Below, one piece after another: positions 20,532-33,109 of a stretch of DNA of 33,109 nucleotides. Source of the DNA: Macrostomum lignano (Eukaryota); NCBI GenBank assembly GCA_002269645.1, contig NIVC01003964.1, positions 1-33,109 on the forward strand, given 5' to 3'. The notes under the pieces are model-generated. The model saw nothing but the letters and a program-made list of their open reading frames with translations. It searched no databases and was not told the DNA's origin. How positions within the stretch are numbered: the first letter of the stretch is position 1; every line of letters starts with the position of its first letter. Both the position numbers and the translations under genes were made by a program.

Positions 20532-21491
20532 CAACCACATTGTAGTACCCTACATGCTCGTAGGGTCGCGCGATTGCATTGGTCAAATTAGAAAATTTCA
20601 CTACTGTCTCTCATTCACCTGGGCTCACGCCCAGCCCAGTCAGAGATTGTCAACTTGAGTTTGGCGCTATTCTGCCCTCTTTAATTTTCTTTTCGAGGTA
20701 AATTGTACACTGCTTAGGTAAAGGGGGAAGGTCTATTGTCTGATTTCAGCTTGAAGGGTTAGCTGGATTGATAGGATTCGGCGCCTTATGCAGCTTGTCG
20801 AATCTTTTTCTGTACCCGCATAAATTCTTTAATATTTGTTACTCGTCGGGAGAGCAGGAATTTCAGGTTTGACGAGAAGAAGAAAAGTTATTCCTTCACC
20901 CAGTTCGTTTATTCAAGTCACAGCGATTCCGAAGGGCTGACTGCACCGGACGGCCCCTGCGCCAAACTCTGAGATGCCACTCGCTGATCGATCTGCGCTG
21001 CTTGGTAGGCAATTTTCTAGTTTTTACTAATTATTGTCAGTAAAGCTTGTTGCTGGAGGAACTGTTATTCTGTGCATAGAATTTTGATCGGTAAGGATCG
21101 CTAAATTATTTAAAGGCCCAGTCTCACGGGTTGCAGACAATTAGTGCCAAGAATTTACGTCTGGGTCAGTTGCTTCACTCAAGGACAAGGAACGCGGTCC
21201 GAACATTGAGAACTTCCTGCTTCTCGTTGTCCTCACCTGCTAAGGGCAGAGCAAACTCCCACCGAATTTGTTTTAGTGTAATTACATAATTTTTACTCAC
21301 GCTATTTACCCATATTTAGCAAGTACTCGTATTTATTGTTGTAGGTGCTGTTAAATGTGCCAGCATTTAACGGTTCTGTTTCAACTACTTCTGTCGTTAG
21401 CATTCGTGGCCCTCCAAAACAAGCTGCTAGTTTAAGAACATAAGTCAGAAGATTTGACACTTGGAAGGTGGAAGCAGTGAGAAAACAGGAC

Positions 21492-22139
21492 ACATATACT
21501 AAAAATGAAAAAATTGCTTGCTTGCTTGTATGCAATCGATTATCTCCCGAAAGGCTCAACCGATTTTCTCCGTTTATTCGCCAAAAGATGTCAAATGTGC
21601 CCAGGACGGTACATGTAATTTTATTAAGCTCTAGCTCAATGCCAAGGGGATTAAATATTCGAAAAACTGTTTTAAATGGGCTTTTTCAATGCAAAATTCT
21701 ATCAGCGAGAAACTTCACTGCCAATTTTAATGATTGCGCCAGAGCCAACTGATAAGAAAACTCACCCCGCCCCACTGCCCAGATAATTACTATATTTAAC
21801 TTGCGTAACCAATTAAAGGGGGGGGGGTTATAATAAAAATTCTGGATGCTGGCAGGCAGCCTACCCCAGCTAGTCCAATATACTAAAAATGAGTTGTCTG
21901 TCGGTAGGTATATATGCGATAGATTTCAGAAAAATTTCCATATACTAAAAATGGTTCGTTGGTATACGAGCGTATGTGTGTCCACTGAACGCGGCAGATG
22001 CTTCTCTATGACATATGCATGCAGCACATTAAAACGTGGCAGTTTGGTCTCCAATGGAAAAGATCACAATGGCAGTTTTTTTCTTTCTGCCTCAGCGCAG
22101 GGCTACGGTGCAACCCGTAACCCCTGCCTTACAAGCTGA
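21492..22139 (+). mobile_element. Cluster of three head-to-tail non-autonomous Helitron-like elements (~21492-21873, 21874-21936 truncated, 21937-22139)
   Basis: A shared 5' motif (TCC/A)ATATACTAAAAATG occurs at ~21494, 21874 and 21937. A short microsatellite and GGCTCAACCGATTTT follow the first head. The 3' hairpin GCTGG..CCAGC is followed by CTAG|T at 21870-21874, and a second hairpin at 22097-22127 is followed by CTGA (CTRR). Confidence 0.6.
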
Positions 22140-23146
22140 CGATGAGAAGTTGAGAAATTTGTAGAAATTTCTAAGAAATTTACCATTGCAGAAAACTTTC
22201 GTTTTTGTAAAAAAAACCGGCAAACCATCCACCCTGCAAGCCATATAAAGTTCGTAATGTCTGAGAAAAAACCCGTGGGCGTAGAAGCTTTTGAAAGATT
22301 CGAAGAAACGCACGCCGATGACCCACAGTCAGTGCGCTTTATAAAAAACACTTTGGATTTTAGCAACTTGAGACGCAGGAAAAGTTTAACAAGCGAAGAG
22401 CGGCGGATAAGTTCTCTATTCATTCGCATCTTTAATGGCACAACAGGAGCGCGGGGTGTTGCGCACCAGCCGGCATGGCGCCAGTCGGGCAACGCCCAAC
22501 TTTGCGAGGGCCATTCCTGTCCCCGCACTTAATAAACTCGACGAAATGCTTTTTAAGCTTGCGAACTCGCCGCCCTCACAAGCAGGTCGGCATGGAGTTC
22601 TACCATGGATTTCTGGAAATAGAATCTGGAATTTGGATATCATTCCAGATGTGAATAGTGAAAATAATAAACTCTACCTACTAAACATTTGACGCAGATG
22701 TTCCTTCAATTCATCAGACAGCCTACTAACAAGTAGCAAGCGAAAAATATTGGAACATAACATTAACGACTTCAAGAGTAGTCCCGTGTACCGCCCCGAC
22801 ACATTAGAACGTTGAGCTGAATTTGTACAAGCCAATGCTTGCGCAATATACGAAGTTTATATTGGGATCAGTCAGTCAGGTGCAGTAAAGCGTCAATTAG
22901 TGCTGACACACCTCGAATTTTGGACTTCACTCGTCTGGTTGAAAGTCCCCTAATGCTTGATGGCATCGTTTGAAAACCTTTTAATAGCAATACAGAAGTC
23001 GAGTTGAAAAGCTAAGAGTACAGTACATGTACCGTAAGTACATGTCTTTTAAGGTATTAAAAGAAAAATTGAGCGTAAAGATATTGATTTATGAAATGCA
23101 GTCATTCCACAAGAACTAGTTTCAGTACCACTAAATCATGCACCCT

Positions 23147-23401
23147 ATGACTTTATAACTCCATTATCAGCAGGAATATTTGCCGCGGCAGCCCTTCTAG
23201 CTGTCCTGACATTGCCGGTTGCCGGCTTCACAACGACAGCGGATCCCTTCTGCTCGTGCGTGCCGCTCACCACCAAGTACTTCTTCACCACCCCAACTCC
23301 AACCACTCCCACCACCACGGTCACTACAACGACGCCCACGACAACTTCAACTACGACGCCAACTACAACTACAACAACACGGCTGCCGACAACCACACCA
23401 G
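23147..23401 (+). CDS. Putative first coding exon of gene 2: signal peptide, CSC motif and Thr/Pro linker
   Basis: The frame from 23161 reads PLSAGIFAAAALLAVLTLPVAG-FTTTADPFCSCVPLTTKYFFTTPTPTT..., a hydrophobic h-region with a small-residue VAG cleavage site. It ends at a G|GTGAGT phase-1 donor matching the next exon. The ATG at 23147 is off-frame by one base (a 3-T run where 4 T are needed). Confidence 0.75.
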
Positions 23402-26400
23402 GTGAGTGCGGCACCGCTGATCATTCATGATCATTATTGTTGTATATTCTTGCAACTAAATAAATTTTTATTACGAGTAATTTAGCGATTCGACAAAAAG
23501 CCCTGAAAAGTTTGCGTCAACGGTGTAGGAGGTACCTGTAGGAGCCGTGACGGGTGTCAACTGAAGCATTCGAATGGAGCCCTATAAGTAAAGGTCTGGA
23601 CAAAAAAATCCATTACTTGATAGACTTTTTATCCCCTGGTAGCCCATGAGAGACCTGCATAGGATGTCTCGACGTCTCTAATCTCCCGTTCTCGAGTTAT
23701 CGATCTCCTAAATCTCAAATTTTAAGGTTTAGATGCAGAAGGTTTTCATACTAATAGGCTAAAAATTCTAATTTAAAAAAAATCTTCAGTCTGCGACTAC
23801 GTGAACGGTCTGTCGCAGAAGTCTTACATCCCGGACAAATCCATCTCTGGTGGACGGCCGGGAGTCACCGGCAGCTTTCTTATTAATTTCAACGATCAGA
23901 TGGAGTTTGACTTCATTGTCGATGGCTGTCGAACTACTGAAATTTTTGTGAACACTCTGTGCATGACTGGAAACGTGATGCGAGCAGTAGTGCAGTACAT
24001 GCCGACCACCAGTAGCCGCTACGTCCCATTTGAGCCGTCCAGCTCCCTGTTTTCTGATGTAACTGGCGCCAGGCTGTGCTATGAGCTGAATACGAGGATG
24101 GCTCGGCTTGCCTTTTATCCAGTCGCACTGAAGTCCGGAGCCCTCTCGGCCACCAACTACCAGGTATTCCTCACCATCGACGGCTGCTTCACACCGGTTA
24201 ATGACAGCTGCCAAACTACCTCCACAAGCACTACAACTTCTACTACCACTACCAGCACTACTACGACCCCGACGACTACATCTACTACTACTACAACGAC
24301 GCCGACAACACCCACTACAACTCCGACGACATCCACCACAACCACCAGCACAACACCGACAACCACCACAACAACGACGCCTACCACTACGACTTGTAAG
24401 TTCAGTGTTAGTAAATCAGTTATCAAAAGTTAATGATTTATAACTGATACAGATATTAATTTTAAGACATAACTTTCATTAGAACTCTTTTAGTCCCGGC
24501 CCCTTAAGAAAATAGCGCATCTCAATGCCTCTTTTCAACTACAGATTGCCCCAGTGTCGATGGTATGCTGTACCCTTCGATGATCCCCGCTATCGACATT
24601 TCGACATTCGGTAACAGCACTCGTCAAGTCTCAGGAGCGTTTACACTTCAGCCTAGAACGTCTGTCATTGTCGATATCTCGTCGAGAGGCTGTCGTCCCG
24701 CAACTCGGGTTCTAAGAGTAAGAAAAAGCAGCACTTCTACCAACTGACACAATGATTGACTATAATATCACACTAACCTAAATTTTAGGTTTGCATAGCT
24801 GGAAACGTTGCTCAAGCATTTGTTCTGGTGCGATTCAACACAGACGTGATTCCCTACCTGATCCCTGACTCGGCTACGCTCACTGCAAAGGATGGAGAAA
24901 TTATGTGCATTGATGTAAACAGAGATGTCATCAGTGTTCAGGTAGAACCGCAGCTATTCAAGACGACAGCAAGTTCCTACTACTTCTTCTTATCGATCTA
25001 TGGCTGCTTCAGCAACTTAAACGTGTCCTGTCTGACAACACCGACAGCCACTACTAGCAGCACTACCAGCACATCAAGCACAACCAGCAGCACCAGCACT
25101 ACTTCGACCACGACAACATCCACTTCTACGACGACGACACCGACAACGCCAACAACAACTCGGACAACCTCAACCACAACCAGCACAACACCGACAACCA
25201 CCACTGTAACGACACCTACCACTACGACTTGTAAGAATTGCTGCACTAATATTTTCAATATCAGTAAAAAACTAATCCTCACTTATTGCATGACTAAGCT
25301 GCATACAATATGCTCGAAAGAGAGCAGAAACGTCTAAAAATGAAAACTTTTAACAAATTTCGCTATATGAAAGTTTATCTTATTTTAGCTTTTCATTGAC
25401 TTTTATGTTTTTTGGCACATAACCATTTTAGACTGCCGCATTGTGAACGGCATGTCGGACTACTCCTATATTCCGCTCACCGCCGTGAATCACGCGACGA
25501 ATGATCCGCTTCGCGGCTGGCTGGTTCACCAAAATGACGTCATGCAAATTGACCTGGTACTTGGATCTTGTCGTGCCCCGATTCGAATCGAAACAGTGAG
25601 TTTGATATTTTACAAGCGATTCAACAAATTCGAATTCTCACGACTTTGGTTTAAAAATGATATTTATTTAAGAAATTTCTTCACCTAACAATAACTCGTT
25701 TCAGATCTGTATCAGTGGCACTGTAAAACGGGCCAACATTTTGTACGGGGAAACATTCGATAAACCGTTCGTTCCCGTGCCGAGATCAGCATCCGTATCG
25801 AGCGATGTTGGAGATCTGTGCTACGACATTAAACTAGTTGCGGCCAAGATTGGAATTTTTCCATTGGAGTTCAAGTCGTCGGCACCGAACAAAACCCAGT
25901 ACCAGTTCTACCTCACGATCAACGCGTGCTTCTTGCCGCTTTCCGCAGTGTGTCTGACAACGCCAACAACAACTACAAGCACTACCACTACCCCAACAAC
26001 ACCAACGTCTACTAAAACCACATCCACCACATCAACGACTCCAACTACAACCAGCACGACAGCATCTACACAAACTACTTCAATATCGACATCAACTCCA
26101 ACAACAGTTTCTACGACGACACCTGCGACAACTACAACTGGCACAACTTCTTCATCCACAACGCAAACGACTGCCACACCGACCACGAGCACCACTGGAA
26201 CAACCACTACGACAACTTCTACGACTCCTAAGCCAACAAGTAGGTTTTATACTGCTGAGCATTTTTCATTCGAAGCCATGTGATTTTTATGGGTTTCAAT
26301 TGTTTTAATTCGGGGCTCCGAACTACAGCAGTTCTATGAGGGTAGTTAAATCTCTTCACTACCCTCATTTAGTCTCTGCTCTTAGTCTATCCAGCTGCAC

Positions 26401-29400
26401 TAAATACTTTTAAGCCCTTTTTAGCACCCAACTTCTATGTAATCCCTTCTGAACCAAAAGGATTGTTCCTCAAAAATAACCAAAAGGTTAAAGAGGGATT
26501 ACCAAAAGGTTATCCCTCTCTGCAAAACAGATAAATTTACAAAATAATCTTTACGCTGAAGATAACTACTGAGATAAGCATATAATGTGTTAATGTTAAA
26601 AATGATATATATGTATATTGGACCAGATGTACGTATAGATAAAGTATCTCATGGCGTGGACAGCTGAAGTAGAAGGATGTTACACAAGAAAATCATGTAA
26701 ATTTCATAGGAAACCAGTTTTTTTCTGCAAAAATGCATTAGCAACATAAGAAGCTGTCACTAATTTTAGGACTAAATTCATAATATCTCATATTATGGAT
26801 TTCCGAATTCGGAATTAAGCGAGCAGGGAGTGGTTTCGTTCAAGGAGAAAAATCCGTCTAGAACAATACATTAGAAATACAAACAGGTGAAATTTTCTCC
26901 GTAACTTTGCTTGCCGACGAGTCCCCCCCTAGTAAGTATTTCATAAAACAATAGCTTGTTAATTTATGAGTGAGTGAACCCCAGGAAATGTCGACTTGTT
27001 TACTTGTCAGAAAGGGAGCTATTCGGATTTTTTAGAACTAAAAAGCGAACACCTCCTTATATCGCCAATGAATTTTGCAATGAAAATCGGCCCCCATTTC
27101 AACTTGTACGATTTGCAAAGAAACGCGTCATTTTACTTCGGTTGGCCATGTTCTACAATGAATGGTTCATTGCAGATCTGTGGTATTAAAGCGCTCTAAA
27201 ACAGTTTCTAAATTTAAAACAGATATAACTTCTGCTAAGTAGAAGTTCTGTTTTACACAGCAGAGTTAACAAATCAGTTTGAAGGATTTATGTTGCTACA
27301 GATAAAAACAGGGTCAACAATTTTCAATAGGACTTGAAATTCAGACTGGTAAACCTCTTCGGGAAAACCTCGCTGCGGGAAAATCTCGGCGGGGAAAACT
27401 CGGCAGGAAAGACTCGGTGGGAAAACCTCCCGTGGAAAAATTTTCCTGCCGGAAGGAAGAGAGGAGAGAGGAGAAAGAAGGTTAGAGAGCAGAGCGCTGG
27501 GTAGAGATGTATACATTGAGTGGGCCGGATTGCTAATTGTGAAGTTTCAAAGGACCCGAGGGCCGGATAGAGAGACTTTGCGGGCCGCATGTGACCCACG
27601 AGCTGGCGTTTTCCGACCCCTGATTTACAAAAATTCGATGTGACTCTATGTGACTGCAAGCAAAATCAAACCCATTGCATGGACATGCGAGGGAGCAAAA
27701 TTGGAATGTATCACCTCTAAGCTACACCTCGCAGGGAATTCTGCATCCTTTGTGTATCGTTTATAAAAGTTAACTTGCCTTGTTAACTTGCTTGTCAACA
27801 AGTTAATTGGAAATAAGGACCACAATACGAGAAGTAGAAGTCCTCTCAGACAATAAATTTGGCAGCATTACATTTAAGCGAGAAGGGAGAATGGGGCATT
27901 ACTACACAGCACCTCAGAGGCCGTCAGGGCCACTATGAGCGGCGCGGCAAAATTCTAATACCAAGTCAGGCATCCCGCCACAGATGATCACAAATGGAGT
28001 TGAGAATGTGATGGAGAAAGCTTTACTGACCCAGAGAGTGAATTTCACGAATTCAACCAAGCCAATAAAAAAGTGAGCCGAAAAGGATACTCCAGTCAGG
28101 TACTCACAGCCAGCTAGCAGCATTACGAAAAACATCAATTCTTACAGAATGAAAAATCAATGACTAAAATTATTTACTATAACTACGAGCTACTCTGATT
28201 TTTAAGTATTTCTCAATAACTTTCAAAACGGTACATTTAGACTCATAAAAGTCCAATGCTTACTTTTTTGCCTCATTTTCAAGTAATTAGGAGTAATTAA
28301 AAACAAAGGTCTAAACGAAATATTGGAAACGTATGTACCGATTTTATTGCAGTCTGCCCACTGATCAATGGACTGACCAGCAGTACCTACATCCCGTCCT
28401 ACTCTATCAGCGGAGTCTCGTCTGACCCCACATTTGGATACAGCATTTTAAGGTCCACCTCTGGTTTTATGGATATCGATCTGTCTGCCGTGAACTGCCG
28501 ACCAAATCCAGTCTACATTGAAAGGGTAGAGCTTTTTGAATAAAACTATTGTTAATAAACAATTATTAAGCAATTTCTTTAGAATTCCATTTTTCCATTA
28601 AAAAATTCAGATCTGTCTGTACGGAAACATCAAACAAGCTAACATTCACTTAAAAAGAAGCGTCACTGGAAATCTGGTCTTTTCTGAGCTATCTTTCACA
28701 ACCACCGGCGACGCCATGGCCGACTCGCTTTGCTACTCGATCGGATTCAACATATCGGCAGTGAGAATTGCTCCTCAGTTGGTAAAGTCGTATGATTCGG
28801 CTGCGACAAACTTCCGGTTTTCCGTCACCATTGAGGGTTGCTTCGAACCACTGCCGAGCACTTGCACTGCGCCAACGACTACGACGTCAACTACTACATC
28901 AACTACTGCACCTAGAACTACCACAAGTGCTACGACATCGACTTCAACAACGACCACCACACCGACCAGTTCGACGACTATAACTACTCCAACAACAACA
29001 TTAACAACAACGACTACATCAACAACTCCAACAACAACGTCGACGACCACGACAACGACGCCGACCACAACGACACCAACAAGTACGACTACAACATCCC
29101 GAGTACAACCTGTGAGTTCATTTCTAGACAATTAAATTGTAAATCCATTTACAAAACTGTTGACTGTCTTTTCTATCGATTCTGTATGGGCATTGGAATT
29201 TTATATTGCATAAATCTGGCGCTCAATTGCAGATTGCCCCAGTGTCGATGGTATGCTGTACCCTTCGATGATCCCCGCTATCGACATTGCGACATTCGGT
29301 AACAGCACTCGTCAAGTCTCAGGAGCGTTTACACTTCAGCCTAGAACGTCTGTCATTGTCGATATCTCGTCGAGAGGCTGTCGTCCCGCAACTCGGGTTC

Positions 29401-32400
29401 TAAGAGTAAGAAAAAGCAGCACTTCTGCCAACTGACACAATCATTGACTATAATATCACACTAACCTAAATTTTAGGTTTGCATAGCTGGAAACGTTGCT
29501 CAAGCATTTGTTCTGGTGCGATTCAACACAGACGTGATTCCCTACCTGATCCCTGACTCGGTTACGCTCACTGCAAAGGAAGGAGAAATTCTGTGCATTG
29601 ATGTAAACAGAGATGTCATCAGTGTTCAGGTAGAACCGCAGCTATTCAAGACGACAGCAAGTTCCTACTACTTCTTCTTATCGATCTATGGCTGCTTCAG
29701 CAACTTAAACTCGTCCTGCCTTACAACAACCACAACTACTACAACGACATCAACAACCACGCCAACAACAAGTACAACAAGTTCGAAGACATCAACAACT
29801 CCTACAACAACCAGTACAACTACAACCACGCCCTCAACTACTTCAACGACACCCAGCACAACGACAAGCACTACTCCGACGACACCGACAACAACTTCTA
29901 CTACAACAACTACACCTACGACCTGTAAGAATTATTAGTAATAGAAATCTAACCTTTTCGTTTCATTTTATTGTTTTTTTGTTATAATTCATAATTTGTC
30001 TGTAAAAATATGATTTTTAGACTGTCCTGTGGTCGACGGAATGACAAGCGCGCAGTTTATACCAGATCAAGACATTTCTGGGGCATCTATTAATCGAGCA
30101 GGAGCATTTGTTGTTCCACAACTTAGTTCAATAATGGTGGATATCTCAGCTCGCGGATGTCGGGCGCCAATTCGAATTTTTAGCGTCTGTCTCGGTGGAA
30201 ATGTGCAAACGACTCTGATTTCAGTACAGAACAATCTGGATTCTAGGCTTGTGCTTTTCCCTGCATCCGTTACGGGTGGAAACGGGCTGCTTTGTCTTCA
30301 AGTGAACAGAGACATCACCGGTTTGCAGCTGATGCCACAGACAATGACTCCTGGAACAGGATCAGATTTCACGTTTTACATGAATATCTACGGCTGCTTC
30401 ACTGCCTTAAATGCCAGCTGTCTCACTACTACGACTACAACAACCACCACCACAACAACGACACCCACGACGACGTCAACGACAACGACACCCACGACGA
30501 CGTCAACCACAACTACACCAACAACATCGACATCGACTACTCCTACTACACTACAACTCCAACGACGACGTCTACCACAGTCGCACCAACAACCTCCACT
30601 TCAACAACATCTACCACTTCAACCACTCCGACTTCGAGTACTACAAGCACACTACAACGCCTACTACAACTAGTAGCACTACTACAACACCGACGACTAC
30701 TTCAACAACCACTACAACACCTACAACTACCAGCACAACTACAACTCCTACGACAACGTCAACGACAACAACGTCTACAACTACTGTCAAGCCTACAATT
30801 TGTCCAGCACTCAATGGCCTTAGTGATAGAAAGTACATACCTGATTGGGCCATTACCGGCGCCACTTATGTAACTGGTCGATACGAGATGCCAGTGAGTC
30901 CGAGACGAGATCTTATCATAGATTTGACTGCTGGAGGATGTAATCCTGTTCCTACATACCTAACGAGAGTTTGTGTGACAGGAAATGTAAGGCAGGTAAC
31001 GGTGTCTACCCAGACGACTTATCCGACGGTCGGTTCGATCTTGTCTTGGAATCCAATTTGGTATCTGTCTCGTCTTCGTTGACTCCTCTTTGCATAACTC
31101 TGGGAGCAAACGCGACAGGAATTGCAATCACGCCAGTCGCACTACTGAACAGCTCGTCGCTGGAAACGAATTATTTATTCTTCCTGAGCCTTGAGGGCTG
31201 TTTCGCGCCTCTGTCTACGGCCTGTCAAACTCAACCTGTAACGACTTCTACAACGTCGACTACTTCATCCACAACAACAACGCCCACAACTACTAGCACA
31301 ACGCCGACATCGACCACAACAGCAACTAGCACTACTACAACCACTCCGTCGACAACAACATCCTGTTTGGTGAACGGACTCAACGGCGTCTTGATTCCTA
31401 GTTCTTCTATCAATGCTCCTAGTTATAATCCGTTAACAGGATATAATGTACCAGAGGCTCAGTGGAAGGCGTCTATGTGGACATTTCTGTATCCGGTTGC
31501 CGCACACCGATCCTAATTAATAGGGTATGTAACTTGTTCTTTTCTTGATATTTAAATAAAATAGCAATTTCAAATGCTAAAATTAGATGCGTTCCGTTTT
31601 AGATTTGTCTGTTCGGCGGTAATGTAAAACGAGCTGATCTTATCATCCGTCAAGGCTCCACCCTCTACTGGGACTTCTTCGAGCAGTCGCTGTACAATAC
31701 AAGTGACACTGCTACACCGCTGTGCTACTACCCAATGCTTCCCATTTCCGAGCTGAGAATTGTTCCGAAAGAGTTTAAAAGCGCAGCCTCAGGCGATTCG
31801 TTGTATCAGTTTTTCCTTTCCATCGAGGCCTGTTTCACTCCTCTGCCAGTATCGTGTACTACGACGACTACCTCAACGACAACTTCAACACCAACCACTT
31901 CGACGAGCACAACAACGACTGCGACTACACCGACGACAACATCAACAGCGACAACTACACCCACCACGTCGACATCAACGACGAGCACGACGACGAGCAC
32001 AACGACCACTGCTACTACAACTACGCCTTCATGTGCAGTTGATGGCTTGTCGGATGAGCGCTTTATTCCATCATTTGCAGTCAGTGGAGCCAATTACACT
32101 GCTTCGGGGTACATGATTCGAACTGGTGGTACTTACGCAATGACAGTGGACATCTCCGTGTTTGGCTGCCGCATGCCAATTACTGTTGAGAGCGTGAGTA
32201 TTGAGCAGGAATTTCGTTACAACGTGACACTTTGCTAATACATTTCAGACATACCACTAGACAATACACATTGTGTACCACACAACGGTTTTGCAGATTT
32301 GTCTACTAGGAAACATTCAGAGTTCCTACATCCTGTATCAAACTACATACGGAGGACTATTCAGTCCGAATCTTCTGTCTGCAAGCCAGTCAGCTACTGG

Positions 32401-32975
32401 GGTTTCCGATCCGTTGTGCTTCACTCCGCCTCCTACAGGAATGATGCTCACTGGTGTGCGCATCTCACCGCAACAGTTGAAGAGCGCTTTCAGCTCCGAC
32501 ACGGCATTTCGAGCTTACATCACAATCAAGGCTTGCTTCACACCTTTGAATAATACCTGCTTGACAACTCCGACAACAACGACCACTACACAACTACAAC
32601 ACCCACAACAACCACAACAACTACACGACAACGTCGACCACTACCACTACAACTACTCTGACAAGTACAAGTACTACAACAGTGCCCACAACAAGTAAAT
32701 AAGATCGTTACATGATTCTTTTAAGTGCTCAATTGTTATTGAGAGCTGTATTCGAGAAATAGTGTATTAATAACTTAATAAATAAGACATTTTCACGTTC
32801 ATTACAGTTTGTCCCGTCGTTAATGGTTTATCGAGTCCTGTGTACTTGCCGCAATTTACGATCACTGGTGCAACGTTTGACGGCGCTACTGGCTGGAACA
32901 TTCCAGTTTCCAGCGGTGGATACATAGCGATTGACGACAGCTCGTGGATGCCGGGGAGCCTTGACTGTTTATCAG
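23147..32975 (+). CDS. Gene 2: 5' part of a tandem paralog (signal peptide, 9 complete six-Cys modules plus half of a tenth); continues beyond the window
   Basis: Exons: ~23147-23401, 23790-24395, 24545-24717, 24789-25230, 25432-25595, 25705-26239, 28353-28525, 28611-29111, 29233-29405, 29477-29924, 30021-31524, 31603-32193, 32297-32694, 32808-32975. Same module consensus as gene 1. 29233-32975 is near-identical to gene 1 947-4847. Several small indels are present. Confidence 0.88.
27358..27450. repeat. Short degenerate ~16-bp GGAAAA-core repeat in the long intron of gene 2
   Basis: CGGGAAAACCTCG, CGGGAAAATCTCG, GGGGAAAACTCG, CAGGAAAGACTCG, TGGGAAAACCTC. Confidence 0.6.
27520..27622. mobile_element. 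One end of a hAT (Charlie/Buster-like) non-autonomous element
   Basis: GGGCCGGAT..GCGGGCCGCATGTGACCCACG..TTTTCCGACCCCTG; the reverse complement of the end, CAGGGGTCGGAAAA, resembles hAT-Charlie TIRs. I found no convincing partner TIR. Confidence 0.45.
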
Positions 32976-33109
32976 GTATGTATAATAGGGTACAACGTAA
33001 GATGACGCAGCTTTTATTTTTAATCTTCTCTGGCTTAACAGTGAGAGTCTATTAAACCAGAATTTTGTTATATTTTATTTTGCTTTTGCGCTGTAGTGCC
33101 TTTGTATGT

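Noticed and set aside
22092-22692. Cluster of 73-141 aa ORFs upstream of gene 2
   Set aside because: No family is recognisable and no frame is consistent; noted only as possible Helitron-captured sequence.
23040-23110. Core promoter of gene 2 (TATTAAAA at ~23055, TCATT at 23102)
   Set aside because: The spacing (~45 bp) is non-canonical and such motifs are common in AT-rich DNA.
23116-23134. Spliced-leader trans-splicing supplying the missing ATG at the TTTCAG acceptor (23125)
   Set aside because: An AUG added directly at 23126 reads ATG TAC CAC TAA, which is out of frame with the signal peptide and stops at once.

Overview
Eukaryotic (invertebrate metazoan-like) genomic DNA with short GT-AG introns; the organism cannot be determined from the sequence. 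The window holds two head-to-tail paralogs of a giant, multi-exon, membrane-tethered mucin-like gene on the + strand, about 28 kb apart. Gene 1 (947-11251) is the 3' part: 10 copies of a ~135-145 aa six-cysteine module separated by Thr/Ser/Pro linkers, then a (TTTTTTP)x20-21 repeat, a SEA domain with an FKSG/SVVI cleavage motif, a transmembrane helix and a short tail. Gene 2 (~23147 to beyond the window end) is the 5' part: a signal peptide and 9.5 modules. I cannot assign the six-Cys module to a named family with confidence; it has discoidin/F5-8C-like hallmarks. A ~3.9 kb block is near-identical between the genes, introns included, but is bounded by diverged introns, which suggests gene conversion. 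Most frameshifts are 1-nt homopolymer indels that are intact in the other copy, so they are probably long-read errors. The ~12 kb intergenic region holds (GAGT)n and (CTAT)n microsatellites, a decayed Gypsy pol fragment, a compound 22/23/46-bp minisatellite and Helitron-like elements. A solo LTR sits in a gene 1 intron.
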